Positions 48,357-59,383 of a stretch of DNA of 64,000 bases are shown piece after piece (within the stretch, counting starts at the first letter, position 1; each line of letters opens with the position of its first letter). The stretch covers positions 1 through 64,000 of the forward strand of contig JBBIGR010000024.1 of assembly GCA_037447435.1 (NCBI GenBank), read 5' to 3'. The position numbers and the translations under genes were made by a program. A model generated the notes under the pieces. The model was not told the DNA's origin. It did not search any database and saw only the letters and a program-made list of their open reading frames with translations. The DNA comes from Fibrobacteria bacterium. GTDB taxonomy: Bacteria > Fibrobacterota > Chitinivibrionia > Chitinivibrionales > FEN-1185.

Positions 48357-51300
48357 TTGTACGAATGCTTTTGACGGCTCTTATCTTTGCTTATGTAAAT
48401 GTGTTTGCATTAAATGCCCTTAAGTCCGATACCTTACCGAAATGGATCGATACGTCGCTTGCGGTCGTGTCGATCCAACCGAAACAAAGTTATCACAATT
48501 CCCTTTTCCACATTACGTTTGTTACGGGGAAACAATCAACTGTATGGTTTAGGGTTGTTTCTCCGGGGCAAACAAAAGCAAAATCCGAAATGGAAGTGTA
48601 TCGAACGCCGTTTACAGTCATGGAAGAAGGCATGACAAAAGTATATTTTCAAGGTGAAAACATTCTTGGAAATAAATCAAAAATCGATTCCATGGTGTAT
48701 TATTTTGACACTAAGCAACCAACGGTCGCTATAAAACCGGAAAGTGGCAGATATCGAACCCCGGTAACGGTGCGGATCTTTACCGATAAAGTATGCCGTT
48801 ATTCATTGTTACAATCGCTTATAGACACAATTGAAAAGCCGATTTCCGATTCGTTTTTAGTCAAAGATTCTCTTTCAGGATATGTTGTTTGCATAGACCA
48901 GGCCGGTAATAAAACTATTTCCAAGAAAATGGTTTGGGTTGTCGACTCTTCTTCGGTTCGGGTTGACGTCTCGCCAAAAGAAGGAATATATAATTCACAT
49001 AAGGAAATTGTATTCACGTCAACGCCAAAAGCGGATGTCTACTTTTCTTTTGATCCGTCTGCTCCATCCGCCCAATTTAACAAATACGATAAAAAGTTGC
49101 TCCTGCCGTACGGCAACACTCTTTTGCGGTATTTTGCCAAAACAGCCTCGGGCAAAGAATCCGATATACTGCGTGCGACATACGTGGTGGATACGGTTCC
49201 CCCGAAACTGGTTTTTTCGGAAAAAAATGGGAATGATTTTGATACTTTATCCTTATCGACAAAAAAAATCAGCGTAATTCATTATACGCTAGACGGTTCA
49301 TTTCCGACCGAAGCAAGTCCCGTGTATCAAAAACCGGTCGCAATTATAAAAAAAGGGAAATGCATTTTTAAAGCAATCGCAAAGGACCTTGCTGACAACA
49401 AGTCCGCGCTATTTGAGTGGACATTCAAATATGATAAAAATCCCCCTCAAATTATTGTAAGTAAACAATCGGGGGTTTATGCGGGGCCGTTTAGTTTGAC
49501 TGTTTCGACCTCAAAGCCAGCCTCAATTTATTATACGTTCGATGGTTCCGCGGCAACGGAAAAAGCGACTTTATATAAAGATAGAATTCAAATATCAAAA
49601 GAAGGCCAAACTATCATCCGCTTTATCGCCGTAGACGATGCGGGGAATGAAAGCCCGGAATTGGAATGTGATTATACCATTGATTCCAAACCGCCGTTCG
49701 TCCGGGCCCGCATCGAAGAGGATGTTCGCCAAAACGCCTTTTTAATTTCCTTACTCGCCGATGAGCCTTCTACGATCTATTATGAACTCGGCGGAGCGAC
49801 GCCGACCACCAAATCGCCGGTTTTTGACGGGAAAATAGTGATGCGTATTGGTCAAGTCATGCAGTATATGGCTATTGATAAGGCGGGGAATAAAAGCGAA
49901 ATTAAGCTGATGGATGAGCTTAAAAAACCGATCGTAACGGTTTCTCCCGAAGGAGGATTGTACAATAAACCAGTCAAAATTCAATTCCGAGCGAATGACC
50001 TAACGCAAGTATACTACTGGTTTGCTCCGGATACGCTCTATGCGCCTTACAAGGACTCTCTCGTCTTGAATAAGGAAGGTACATATACGCTTGAATATTA
50101 TTCCGAAAGCCAAAACGGATTGTCGAGTCCGATTCGACGTAGTGAATATGTTTTAGACCTTTCGCCCCCCCAGACAGATGTCATTGTTAAAAAAGGGATT
50201 AAGGACTCGGTTTCCGTTTTTTTTGAATGTTCTAAAAACGCAACAATTTACTATACTCTAGACGGGACAAATCCGTATTATTCCAGAACTGCCAGAACTG
50301 CGGCAAACAAATTGCTAACGTCCAAAGATCGTATCAGCATAAAACGATCAGGGGATGTTAAACTCGCTTTTTATGCCGAGGATGCTGCAGGGAATCAAAG
50401 TCCCTTACGGGTGTTGGATGTTTTTAAACCAAGAGCGATTCCGGATATCCCGTTTGGAAAAGATAGAGTCTATGACAAAGTTCTTTCTGTCAATTTAAAC
50501 ACATTTGACAGTAAATCCGTTGTTTATTACGGCCGTCACGGACATGTCCCGACTACCGATTCATCCGCTTTTATTGCACCGATCACCTTGGTTTCTTCCG
50601 ACACAATTTTGGCATTTGTTGTTGATGCTGCGGGATATAAAGGACAGATTGATACGTTTGTATATCTCATAGACCTTCCACCAACTCCAGAATTTATCGT
50701 CGCCACCCCAAATATTCGTGTCGGACACGACATCACGTTTGACGCGTCGCAATCTATTGATTTGCAAACTGCAAAAAACGCGCTTTTGTTTCGATGGGAT
50801 TTTAACGGTGACGGAAAATGGGATAGTCAATGGAACAATAATCCTATTGCAATATTCAAATATCCCAACGCGGGGCTGTACAACGTAATTTTGGAAGTAA
50901 AGGATAATGGTAATCATGTTGCCCGCCTTGCTAAGGAAATATTGGTTCAGGAATTATGTCCGAGCGGGATGGTTGCAAGGGCGAGGTCTGATGGATCGCC
51001 GTTTTGCATTGATGAATTCGAATGGCCGAACATCGCCGGCGAATTAGCGTTGACATCGGTCTCATGGGTGCAGGCAAAAATGTATTGTCTCGATGCTGGA
51101 AAACGCCTTTGCACGCAGGAAGAATGGATCTTGGCGTGCAAAGGATCAAAGAAAATGGAATATCCCTATGGCGTAAAATATGAGAAAGGCAAATGTCCCA
51201 CAGAAGGTTCGGCAGTGGAAAAATCAGGGAAATTTATCCATTGCCAGGAAGCCGACGCACCGAAGGATATGATAGGAAATGTTTGGGAATGGGTTGAAAA

Positions 51301-51430
51301 CAAAAGAGGCGATTATCCCGTTATGATGGGCGGATCATTCCGGTTTGGTGAAGCTGCCGACTGTGATTTGGCATCACAGGGGGGCGTTGGCCTGAAATCG
51401 GGCGAGGTGGGGTTTCGATGCTGCAAATGA
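48353..51430 (+). CDS. Secreted CHB_HEX_C/Fn3-associated repeat + PKD + FGE-sulfatase domain protein
   Basis: Repeated IYYTxDG..P / AVD.AGN.S units; FDASQS..FRWDFNGDG; CIDEFE, GKRLCT.EEW, DMIGNVWEW, GFRCC. Confidence 0.85.
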   Translation: MIVRMLLTALIFAYVNVFALNALKSDTLPKWIDTSLAVVSIQPKQSYHNSLFHITFVTGKQSTVWFRVVSPGQTKAKSEMEVYRTPFTVMEEGMTKVYFQGENILGNKSKIDSMVYYFDTKQPTVAIKPESGRYRTPVTVRIFTDKVCRYSLLQSLIDTIEKPISDSFLVKDSLSGYVVCIDQAGNKTISKKMVWVVDSSSVRVDVSPKEGIYNSHKEIVFTSTPKADVYFSFDPSAPSAQFNKYDKKLLLPYGNTLLRYFAKTASGKESDILRATYVVDTVPPKLVFSEKNGNDFDTLSLSTKKISVIHYTLDGSFPTEASPVYQKPVAIIKKGKCIFKAIAKDLADNKSALFEWTFKYDKNPPQIIVSKQSGVYAGPFSLTVSTSKPASIYYTFDGSAATEKATLYKDRIQISKEGQTIIRFIAVDDAGNESPELECDYTIDSKPPFVRARIEEDVRQNAFLISLLADEPSTIYYELGGATPTTKSPVFDGKIVMRIGQVMQYMAIDKAGNKSEIKLMDELKKPIVTVSPEGGLYNKPVKIQFRANDLTQVYYWFAPDTLYAPYKDSLVLNKEGTYTLEYYSESQNGLSSPIRRSEYVLDLSPPQTDVIVKKGIKDSVSVFFECSKNATIYYTLDGTNPYYSRTARTAANKLLTSKDRISIKRSGDVKLAFYAEDAAGNQSPLRVLDVFKPRAIPDIPFGKDRVYDKVLSVNLNTFDSKSVVYYGRHGHVPTTDSSAFIAPITLVSSDTILAFVVDAAGYKGQIDTFVYLIDLPPTPEFIVATPNIRVGHDITFDASQSIDLQTAKNALLFRWDFNGDGKWDSQWNNNPIAIFKYPNAGLYNVILEVKDNGNHVARLAKEILVQELCPSGMVARARSDGSPFCIDEFEWPNIAGELALTSVSWVQAKMYCLDAGKRLCTQEEWILACKGSKKMEYPYGVKYEKGKCPTEGSAVEKSGKFIHCQEADAPKDMIGNVWEWVENKRGDYPVMMGGSFRFGEAADCDLASQGGVGLKSGEVGFRCCK

Positions 51431-54400
51431 TTACACGCATAATCATCTTTATTGGATTGATTTTTTGCACGATACGCGCACAAAATGTGGATTGGCTTTT
51501 GGATGACGCTCTTAAGGAAGATTATCAACCTCTTTTGAAAACGGCAGTAATTTTGCCGAGCGATTTCCAAATTGCTTTGAATGCCTATAAAGCCGGAAAT
51601 TACCAAATAGCAATTCGAACTCTCGAGAATCTTCGCGACCTGCATTTGCCCGATGGAAGGCAGGATTTTGTGTGTTTTGCACTTGGAGAAAGCTATCGGA
51701 TGTTGAAATTGAAGGATTTAGCCTTGGCCAGCTACAAAAGTATTGTAAAATTTTTCCCGGAAAGTGACAAGGCCGCTCCAAGTTATTACCGGATTTTGCA
51801 GTATGCGTACGACGATAAGGATACGCTTGTTACCGACTCCATATGCGATTTATTCGAACGTTCATTTAAGGCGAGTCCGCTTTATTATGCGGTCAGATAC
51901 ATTGCCGCAAAAAATTGTTTCATGCAAGAACGATATGATGATGCGATTGCTATTTTGTCCAAGACCCCGCCGAAATCGGCACAATATCAAGCTTCCCAGT
52001 TCCTTTCTGCAGTTTGTCATATACAAAAAAAAGATTGGGAAAAGGCATTGTTGATTTTAGATTTTGTCCGGAAAAGCACTCCGATCACCGGTGTTTCGCA
52101 AGAGGCAACGGTTCTCATTGGGGATATTTATTTCAATAAAGGATCGTATGAGACGGCAATCCAATATTACAAGAGTATTCCTCGAAGCGCTAACCGGTAT
52201 CCCTATACCTTGGTAAAAATTGCTCGATCGTATATGGAAATGGGGCAAAGCGCTAAATCTCGAGATTTGGCAACCTCATTTATTCAAAAAAATAAAACAA
52301 GCGAATATTTTTTTGAGATGGTTTCTATTTTAGAGCAAGCATACACTCGTCTCAAGGACACGGTGAATGCCGATAAGATGAACGGGCTTATTTTTAAGCA
52401 ACTTAAAAACGCACGATTATCGTTTGATATTTATGAAGAATTAAATCGTGTTGCGGATATGTCCCGCGTGTGGCAGGTTATTCAATTTAAAGCAATTCAG
52501 CATCGAAATGATTCATTGCTCAAAACGGCAGTTTCAGAAGTTTCAAAACTAAACGCCTTATCGCATAAATACCAATCGTTGCTACTTGAAAGCGGCACTC
52601 TTGATCCGAAAATAACGGGCGCTGACATTCCCGGGCTTGCTGAGAGAAGGTATATTGATTTGCTTAAAACGCAATCTGAGCGCCTTGAAGACTCTGCAAA
52701 AGTACTTGGGAAAAAAGCGGATAGTTTAAAAGGCGCCGGAGTTTCAAAGAAAACCGATACGCTTTTACAGAAAAATATTGATTCATTATTACGAAATAAA
52801 AAATCCATTATCGCTCTTCGGGATTCTCTGGATCATGAGCAGCAATTAGTATTAAGGGAATGTTTGGTGGATGTACAGGGACGGAGGCAGGCCGATGAAA
52901 ATATGCAAGCAAAATTTGTTGATTGGGCATTTTTAAAATACCAGGAAAAGAAATCGGAGCTTTCTCTTAAAAATAAGGAATTGAGTGCGCAAGCGCAAAA
53001 AAAAGGAAAACCCGATACCCTTGCTCGGAAAAGCAAGGAAATTGTAAAGCTGTTTTCCGAAATCGACATCGGTAAACTTGAACGGTCGCTTCTCGATGAC
53101 AGGCGTCTGTTAATATCGCACATTTCGTCGATGCGGTATGTTTATCCGAAAAGTAAATTTCTACCGCAATTATTGTTTCGTTTGGCAGAATTGTATTTCG
53201 ATCAATCTGCCGATGATTTCGATGTCGCACTGCGGGCGTATGAAAAAAAAATGGCTGAAACAAAGGATGGTCAGAACCTTGCATTTCCAGAATATGACCT
53301 AAAAAAAGTCATAGAAACGTATGATGTCATTATAAAAGACTTTCCGAAAGATCCTATGACGGATGCGGCATATTTTTACAAGGCACTTTCGCAGCAAAAA
53401 ATCGGCAAATACGAGGATGCGAACAATACACTCGTTGAATTGACCAGCAAATATCCTGAAAGCGGGTTTTATGTAGAAGCCAATATGAACATTGCGCGAT
53501 TTTATTTTGAACATCCAAAATACGATGGTGGTAATGGATATAAACTCGCAGAAGAAACCTATCATAAAGTCCTATATTATCGAGATCACCCTCAATTCGT
53601 ATCCGCCTTATACAGTCTTGGTTGGTGCTATTATATGCAGGATAAATTTGATGAAGCTATAGCGGTCTTCAAATATTTGGTCGAAGAAGTTGCATTGGAT
53701 TTCGATGTGACAAAAATGGATGAAAATAAACAGGTAAGCAATCCGTTGCTACGCGATGAGGCAATCGACTATATCGCGATAAGTTTCGATGAAGAAAATA
53801 GACTTGACGACGCGGTGAAATTTTTACAACTCATAGGCAATGTAGACTATGCTTCCATGGTATTAAAAAGGATAGCCGAACTTCGTGTGGAAGATATGGA
53901 TTATCCGCTTGCAATTAAATCGTATAAAAGATTGTTGAGTGAATATCCACAAAGTGTCGTGGCGCCAGAAGCTGCTCTCAGTTTGATCAAGGTATATGAA
54001 ATTAAAAATATGCCCGACTCGGCACTCAAGGAGCGGCAACAATTTTTCACTATGTATTCCCGCGGCGGTCAATGGCAGGATTTGGTTTGGAAACGCGATT
54101 CGCTCCTTATTCCACGCGTCGATTCCTTGGCCATATCGATAGGTTTTTATCTTGCTGATGCCAGTTATAGAAACGCTGAGCTAAAAAAGGACAATGCCTC
54201 TTATGAAGCTGCAGCGGCTTTATATGAGGCACTTGTCAAAAAATATCCTCAAGACAAGCGCGCTGCGGACGCACAGTGGAATTTGGCTGTTATTCTAGAT
54301 TCGAAAACCGATAAAAACGAAGCAGCATATTCTCAGTTTTTAAAATTTTCTAGACTTAAAGAAGCCGATCCGCAGCGGAGGGAACAGGCAGCGCTTAATG

Positions 54401-57225
54401 CGATTGCGCTCGCACAACGTATGTTGCCCCCCGACACAATTGCCGAAGAGGGAAAGCTGGACGGATATGCTCTTAAGGTTATTGAATCGGTTAATAATTA
54501 CAAGGAACTGTATCCTAAAGGTAAAGCGGCTCAAACGGTCTTGTTGACCGTGGCAGCAATTTACTTTAATAGAAAAATGTTTGCGAATGCGGCTGAATAT
54601 TATCAACAAATCGTCAATCAAGGGGTGGTGAGCGAAGAATATTGGGAAGCAATGTTCTTGCTTGGACAATGTCATTTTGGGAAAGAAAATTGGGAATTGG
54701 CTGCCACATGGTTTGATAAAGTATGGAAAGGGTCTTCCGACGGTCAACGAAGGGCAAAAGCATACAAATTGTTATTGCAGGCTGAATTCTCCAATGCGAA
54801 ACAGGCATTTACTCTTGGTGCTTTTGACAAGGCTGCTGAAACATTTCTTGCCATCGATACCAAATATCCGGGAAGCGAATATGGTGACATCGTCATTTTC
54901 AAAGCGGCCGAATCGTATGAAAAGAAGGAAGAATATCTGAAAGCAAGCGACAGCTATTTTCGGCTTCAACGGTCCTATCCTATGTCGAAACTGGCTCCTA
55001 ATGCTCTTTTTAATGCCGCCGCAGATTATGAAAAGGCCAATAAGTTCGAAAAGGCGGCCGAGGCCTATGAAATGCTGGTTGCAAAATATCCGGAATCCGA
55101 CAAATCGAAAGATGCATTATTTAATGTCGGCTTGTGTTATGAAAAAATCGGCAAGCTCGACAAAATGGCAGATGCAAATGAGCGGTATACTCAATTGTAT
55201 CCTGCAGAAAAAGATGTCGAAGCAATGCTTCTAAGATCCGCACAGTATTATTACAAAGCAAATATGTTTGACAAAGCAATTAAAGCGTATCGTAGTTTTA
55301 TCAGGCGTTTTTCGCAAAGTCCTAAAATTATCGAGGCTTTGTTTATGATAGGGAAAATGTATTACGAAAAGTCGGACAAAGAAAACGCAATGTTGTCCTT
55401 TTCACAGGCAGAGCAGTTGAACATGAGGCTTGCATTGGCAAAACAAGATCGAAACGATTACTATGCTTCGGAAGCGGCATATTATTTGGCAAATATGAAA
55501 CATGACGACTTTGTTGCGGTAAAATTCGTGTTGCCGGATGCAAAATTCAAATCAGATCAAAAACTGAAAAGTTCCTTGATGGCAGAGGCTTCCAAAGCGT
55601 ATGAAAAAGTTCTGCAATACCAAAGTGAAAGAATGTTTGAAGCTGCATTTCGCATAGGGCAAATGTACGAAGATCTTGTCGACGCCTGGAAAACGCAGGA
55701 AAGGCCAAAGCTTCCGGCCATTAAACTTGCTGTGCTTGAGAAGGATATTGCCCAAACATCATCCGTTATCTTACAAAAATCGTTCGGGCCGTATAAAAAG
55801 GTTTTAGAGCTTGCTAAAAATTTTGACACATTGACGGCTGATCAGAAGCAATGGATACAAAATTCAAAAGTAAGCCTTGCAAAAAACTATTTGGCATCTG
55901 GGATATATCTTGTGGATGCCTATTCTGCAATGCAAAATGCCCCGGTTCCGCCGGAAATCAAGGAAAAGCCTTTGTATTATTATCAATATTTGAAACAACT
56001 GCTTGAAACGATCGATCCTATGAAAATTCAGGCGAGGAATTATTTTCTTGCTGCCAGCAAACAACTGGATTCATTGGGGCTAAAAGGGGAACATAGCGCC
56101 AAATGCAATGCTCTTTTTGGACAAATAAATTACTTGACAGGTGCTGATTATGCGAAACTCGCCGAAAAAATGTTGCGCGAACCGGAAATTCCGGCTTCTC
56201 TTTCTACGGCAGAAAAAGAGGAATTATCGTTTCAACTAGAAGATATAATTTACGAATTACAAGATAAGGCAATATTCAATTTGGAAGATGCAATGGCAAT
56301 CGCAAAAAAAGAGAATTTGGCATCTGGAGAATGGTTCGATAAAATCATGCTCGGATTGGCACGGCTTTCCCCCGAGAAATACGGAAAGGCCGTGTTTATC
56401 AAAGCTACTATTCCTACTTCGGGCCAATGGCTTTGCCGCAGCGACAGTGTTGGCAGCTGGAACGGTAAAGAAATACCGCAAAGTGGCTGGAACAATGCTG
56501 CCTTACTCCAGGGATCCGATGCCATGTTTCCACCGCAGCCTGCGCCGTATATTTGGAATGCGAATAATTCCGATTTGGTCATGTATTCGTGGCGGCATGT
56601 GTTTTTACCAGGATTTCCGAGGGATGCCATGGCATATATAAGGGTTAGCGGTAAATACTGGCTTTATGTCAATGGCACATTAACATCAAGCGATACTACA
56701 GGGACTCGTTCGGTGAACAAACTCGACAGCATCGTCGGCATTGCGAAATTGGTCAAAGGGGGCGATAACGATATTAATATTCGTATCGTCAATACCGATA
56801 CCACATTTAAAGGGTATGCATTGGTTTTTTCAACGTTATTGGATACATCACAGCATTTTACGCCATCGGGAAAATATCAGCAACAACAATCCGTGGTTCA
56901 AACTATCGGGCCGGTACCTTCTTCTCAGTCAGAAAATGCATCGAATAGTGCAAAAATGACGACTACGGTCCATAGTGCCAGCAAACAAGTATCGATTGCC
57001 GATAACTATGACAGACAATTCAAAAACAGAGGGGAATTGCTTAATGCAATTGTCGAGTATCAGAAAAAATCCGAACTTTCAAATGCCGAGATTAAAAAAG
57101 AACGTTTAGAAGTTCAAAAGATGCGTATTAAATCTGAGGATCTGGATGAACAAATCAGAAAAACTAAAGAGGAAACAGCATTACTTGCAAAACAATTGGA
57201 ATCAATGACAAGAACAAAAAAATAA
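51427..57225 (+). CDS. Giant exported TPR protein with C-terminal beta-sandwich and coiled coil
   Basis: Start at ATGA overlap 51427; signal peptide; many YPxS..A..A TPR units; LFRLAELY; tail YWLYVNG..KGGDNDINIRI followed by heptads. Confidence 0.85.
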   Translation: MITRIIIFIGLIFCTIRAQNVDWLLDDALKEDYQPLLKTAVILPSDFQIALNAYKAGNYQIAIRTLENLRDLHLPDGRQDFVCFALGESYRMLKLKDLALASYKSIVKFFPESDKAAPSYYRILQYAYDDKDTLVTDSICDLFERSFKASPLYYAVRYIAAKNCFMQERYDDAIAILSKTPPKSAQYQASQFLSAVCHIQKKDWEKALLILDFVRKSTPITGVSQEATVLIGDIYFNKGSYETAIQYYKSIPRSANRYPYTLVKIARSYMEMGQSAKSRDLATSFIQKNKTSEYFFEMVSILEQAYTRLKDTVNADKMNGLIFKQLKNARLSFDIYEELNRVADMSRVWQVIQFKAIQHRNDSLLKTAVSEVSKLNALSHKYQSLLLESGTLDPKITGADIPGLAERRYIDLLKTQSERLEDSAKVLGKKADSLKGAGVSKKTDTLLQKNIDSLLRNKKSIIALRDSLDHEQQLVLRECLVDVQGRRQADENMQAKFVDWAFLKYQEKKSELSLKNKELSAQAQKKGKPDTLARKSKEIVKLFSEIDIGKLERSLLDDRRLLISHISSMRYVYPKSKFLPQLLFRLAELYFDQSADDFDVALRAYEKKMAETKDGQNLAFPEYDLKKVIETYDVIIKDFPKDPMTDAAYFYKALSQQKIGKYEDANNTLVELTSKYPESGFYVEANMNIARFYFEHPKYDGGNGYKLAEETYHKVLYYRDHPQFVSALYSLGWCYYMQDKFDEAIAVFKYLVEEVALDFDVTKMDENKQVSNPLLRDEAIDYIAISFDEENRLDDAVKFLQLIGNVDYASMVLKRIAELRVEDMDYPLAIKSYKRLLSEYPQSVVAPEAALSLIKVYEIKNMPDSALKERQQFFTMYSRGGQWQDLVWKRDSLLIPRVDSLAISIGFYLADASYRNAELKKDNASYEAAAALYEALVKKYPQDKRAADAQWNLAVILDSKTDKNEAAYSQFLKFSRLKEADPQRREQAALNAIALAQRMLPPDTIAEEGKLDGYALKVIESVNNYKELYPKGKAAQTVLLTVAAIYFNRKMFANAAEYYQQIVNQGVVSEEYWEAMFLLGQCHFGKENWELAATWFDKVWKGSSDGQRRAKAYKLLLQAEFSNAKQAFTLGAFDKAAETFLAIDTKYPGSEYGDIVIFKAAESYEKKEEYLKASDSYFRLQRSYPMSKLAPNALFNAAADYEKANKFEKAAEAYEMLVAKYPESDKSKDALFNVGLCYEKIGKLDKMADANERYTQLYPAEKDVEAMLLRSAQYYYKANMFDKAIKAYRSFIRRFSQSPKIIEALFMIGKMYYEKSDKENAMLSFSQAEQLNMRLALAKQDRNDYYASEAAYYLANMKHDDFVAVKFVLPDAKFKSDQKLKSSLMAEASKAYEKVLQYQSERMFEAAFRIGQMYEDLVDAWKTQERPKLPAIKLAVLEKDIAQTSSVILQKSFGPYKKVLELAKNFDTLTADQKQWIQNSKVSLAKNYLASGIYLVDAYSAMQNAPVPPEIKEKPLYYYQYLKQLLETIDPMKIQARNYFLAASKQLDSLGLKGEHSAKCNALFGQINYLTGADYAKLAEKMLREPEIPASLSTAEKEELSFQLEDIIYELQDKAIFNLEDAMAIAKKENLASGEWFDKIMLGLARLSPEKYGKAVFIKATIPTSGQWLCRSDSVGSWNGKEIPQSGWNNAALLQGSDAMFPPQPAPYIWNANNSDLVMYSWRHVFLPGFPRDAMAYIRVSGKYWLYVNGTLTSSDTTGTRSVNKLDSIVGIAKLVKGGDNDINIRIVNTDTTFKGYALVFSTLLDTSQHFTPSGKYQQQQSVVQTIGPVPSSQSENASNSAKMTTTVHSASKQVSIADNYDRQFKNRGELLNAIVEYQKKSELSNAEIKKERLEVQKMRIKSEDLDEQIRKTKEETALLAKQLESMTRTKK

Positions 57226-57263
57226 AAGAATTGAGGAAATTCTAAAAGGAGTACAGAACTGTT

Positions 57264-58199
57264 TTAATTAAAGAAAATCAAGCCTATCTGCAATAAACCG
57301 TTTTTCGAAAAACGAGAATTTCCTAGGGCAAAAGAGGGAGGGGATTGTTCTATCGGTAAATCATCCCGGTAATACATTCCATATACGCTCATACCTCTTG
57401 CGCCTCGAATAAAAAAGGCTTCCATGCCAAATCCGGTTTTATAATACCAGTTGCTGCCATTTAAAACATGGTAACCACCCTGTTGACTAAAATTTCCCGC
57501 CGCTGCTTCCGAACGGATAGTGAAGATCCAACTAGTCCGTTTATGAAAAGCATACCGTGCTGTACCGGCAATTTCCCATATAAGAGGATTATTGCCGCTT
57601 AGTTTATTCGGGTCGGCGAGCCCAAAAAACTCCTGCAGGTAGTATCCTGCAGTGGTTTCCCAGGAGAGTCTGTTTTTAAAGGAAAAGGAAGAATCGGCTA
57701 ATAAAATATGGAAATAATCATTTAAGCGAGAGTTTTTTGGACTGAAGCTTAAGAACAGTTTGTTATACCAAACAAGCGGAAAATCGCTTCTGTCGATTTC
57801 GTGAAAACATCTATGAGCTATACCTCCTGTAATTTTATGATCTGCGAAACGTAATTCGATTTCAGGGCTTATTCCGAAGGCGACATTCAACACGGTAAAA
57901 ACGTTATTACCCGGGACATTGCCAAGCCCGAATTGAAAATCCGATTGCCAAACAGAGGCGATTGTGTTTTTATATGAAAGAAAGCAAAACTCCAATTCCG
58001 GATGAGGCTCTGCAAGGTATTGTCGTTTGAAAAAAGCATCTTTATGCAATGTAAAAGTAGAAAGTCCAAACCGGGTATAATAATCCGGCAGGAAATCAAA
58101 GGGCTTCATGATTGGCTCGAATAGAGAATCTAATTGTATTGCCTGGGATAGCGAATAACAAATAACAACCGTTAATATCATACGGCTGAAAAACTGCAT
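57264..58199 (-). CDS. Hypothetical exported protein, possible beta-barrel
   Basis: Signal ending SQA; aromatic-rich strands; ends LQIGLIFFN. Confidence 0.6.
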   Translation of the reverse strand: MQFFSRMILTVVICYSLSQAIQLDSLFEPIMKPFDFLPDYYTRFGLSTFTLHKDAFFKRQYLAEPHPELEFCFLSYKNTIASVWQSDFQFGLGNVPGNNVFTVLNVAFGISPEIELRFADHKITGGIAHRCFHEIDRSDFPLVWYNKLFLSFSPKNSRLNDYFHILLADSSFSFKNRLSWETTAGYYLQEFFGLADPNKLSGNNPLIWEIAGTARYAFHKRTSWIFTIRSEAAAGNFSQQGGYHVLNGSNWYYKTGFGMEAFFIRGARGMSVYGMYYRDDLPIEQSPPSFALGNSRFSKNGLLQIGLIFFN

Positions 58200-58227
58200 T
58201 GTATCCTCTTTATCGTAAACGAATCGC

Positions 58228-58446
58228 TTATCGGGCTTGTTGAATGATCCAGTTTAAAAATATGATTAACCGGTAGAAAAGTGCAATTCCGCCAATCACT
58301 AATGTATAAATTGCGGTAATGATGAAGTTTTGACTTTTTATAAATGAGGCTATCTTTTGACGGTTTTTATAAAAAAGCCAGCCTCCGCCAACAAACAGAA
58401 GGATTTTAAAAAATCTAAATGGTATTTTTAATAATTTACTATTCAT
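58228..58446 (-). CDS. Small 2-TM hypothetical protein
   Basis: ATG 58446 with AAGGA RBS; two hydrophobic segments. Confidence 0.5.
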   Translation of the reverse strand: MNSKLLKIPFRFFKILLFVGGGWLFYKNRQKIASFIKSQNFIITAIYTLVIGGIALFYRLIIFLNWIIQQAR

Positions 58447-58496
58447 TTGGGTATTTCCTTGGTTTTTGGAACAGCAATAAAATAACAAATGCTTTG

Positions 58497-58549
58497 AATA
58501 AAAATCTAATATGATATATATGAATTTTAAAAAAATAAAAATCTAATAT
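58497..58549. repeat. 16-bp direct repeat upstream of bioC
   Basis: AATAAAAATCTAATAT at 58497-58512 and 58534-58549. Confidence 0.6.
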
Positions 58550-58591
58550 TTTTGTCATTGCTTAACGAACGAAGCCTATTTTTATGGATAT

Positions 58592-59383
58592 ATGGATTCG
58601 CAAATTCCGTCCAAATTAAATATAGCCAAGTCTTTTTCAAGACGAGCAAAACGATATTGTTCCGCTGCATTCATTCAACGAAGCATGATTGAAAAATGTG
58701 TAGAATATATTAAACAAAATCAGGTTTTTGAGTCACAGTCCTGGTTGGATGCAGGTTGCGGTGCCGGTTTGCTTAAAAAGATTTTGATAGAAAAAAGCAT
58801 TTCAGGCAAATTATTTCAAACCGATATAGCATATGATTCTGTAAAATGTGCAGACCTCCATGGGCAATCGAACCATGTATCGGTTCAATCAGATATCGAA
58901 TCAATGCCTTTTAAAAGCTCCTCTTTTAATGGCGTTGTTTCAACGTCTGTCTTGCATTGGATGGAAAATCCCCAATTAAGCGTTAAGGAAATGATCCGTG
59001 TATTAAAACCAAAGGGAATACTCGTGTTTAGTGTTTTTTTAAACGGTTCATTCCACGAAGTAAACCTGTTGAGGGAAAAAAGGAATTTGCCTTTACCCGT
59101 CCGATATTTTGCCGACGACCAAATGAATAATTTAGCAAAAAACCTCCAAATGGATATTGTTGAATATTCAATCCGAAATGAAGTGTATTATTTTAAATCG
59201 GCCCAAGAAATTCTTCGTTACCTGAGTGATATCGGCAGTACGGTTTACATAGGAAATAGGCTTACCAGAAAAGATCTCCTACTTTTTTGCATCGAATATG
59301 AAAACCTGTTTGGAACAAAACAGGGAATTCCGTTATCATGCAGATACGCCTGGGGAAAAGCTGTTAAGAGGAGCGAGAAGTGA
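58592..59383 (+). CDS. bioC: Malonyl-ACP O-methyltransferase
   Basis: IAKSFSRRA..Y..AA.IQ, LDAGCGAG, LHW; bio operon context. Confidence 0.85.
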   Translation: MDSQIPSKLNIAKSFSRRAKRYCSAAFIQRSMIEKCVEYIKQNQVFESQSWLDAGCGAGLLKKILIEKSISGKLFQTDIAYDSVKCADLHGQSNHVSVQSDIESMPFKSSSFNGVVSTSVLHWMENPQLSVKEMIRVLKPKGILVFSVFLNGSFHEVNLLREKRNLPLPVRYFADDQMNNLAKNLQMDIVEYSIRNEVYYFKSAQEILRYLSDIGSTVYIGNRLTRKDLLLFCIEYENLFGTKQGIPLSCRYAWGKAVKRSEK

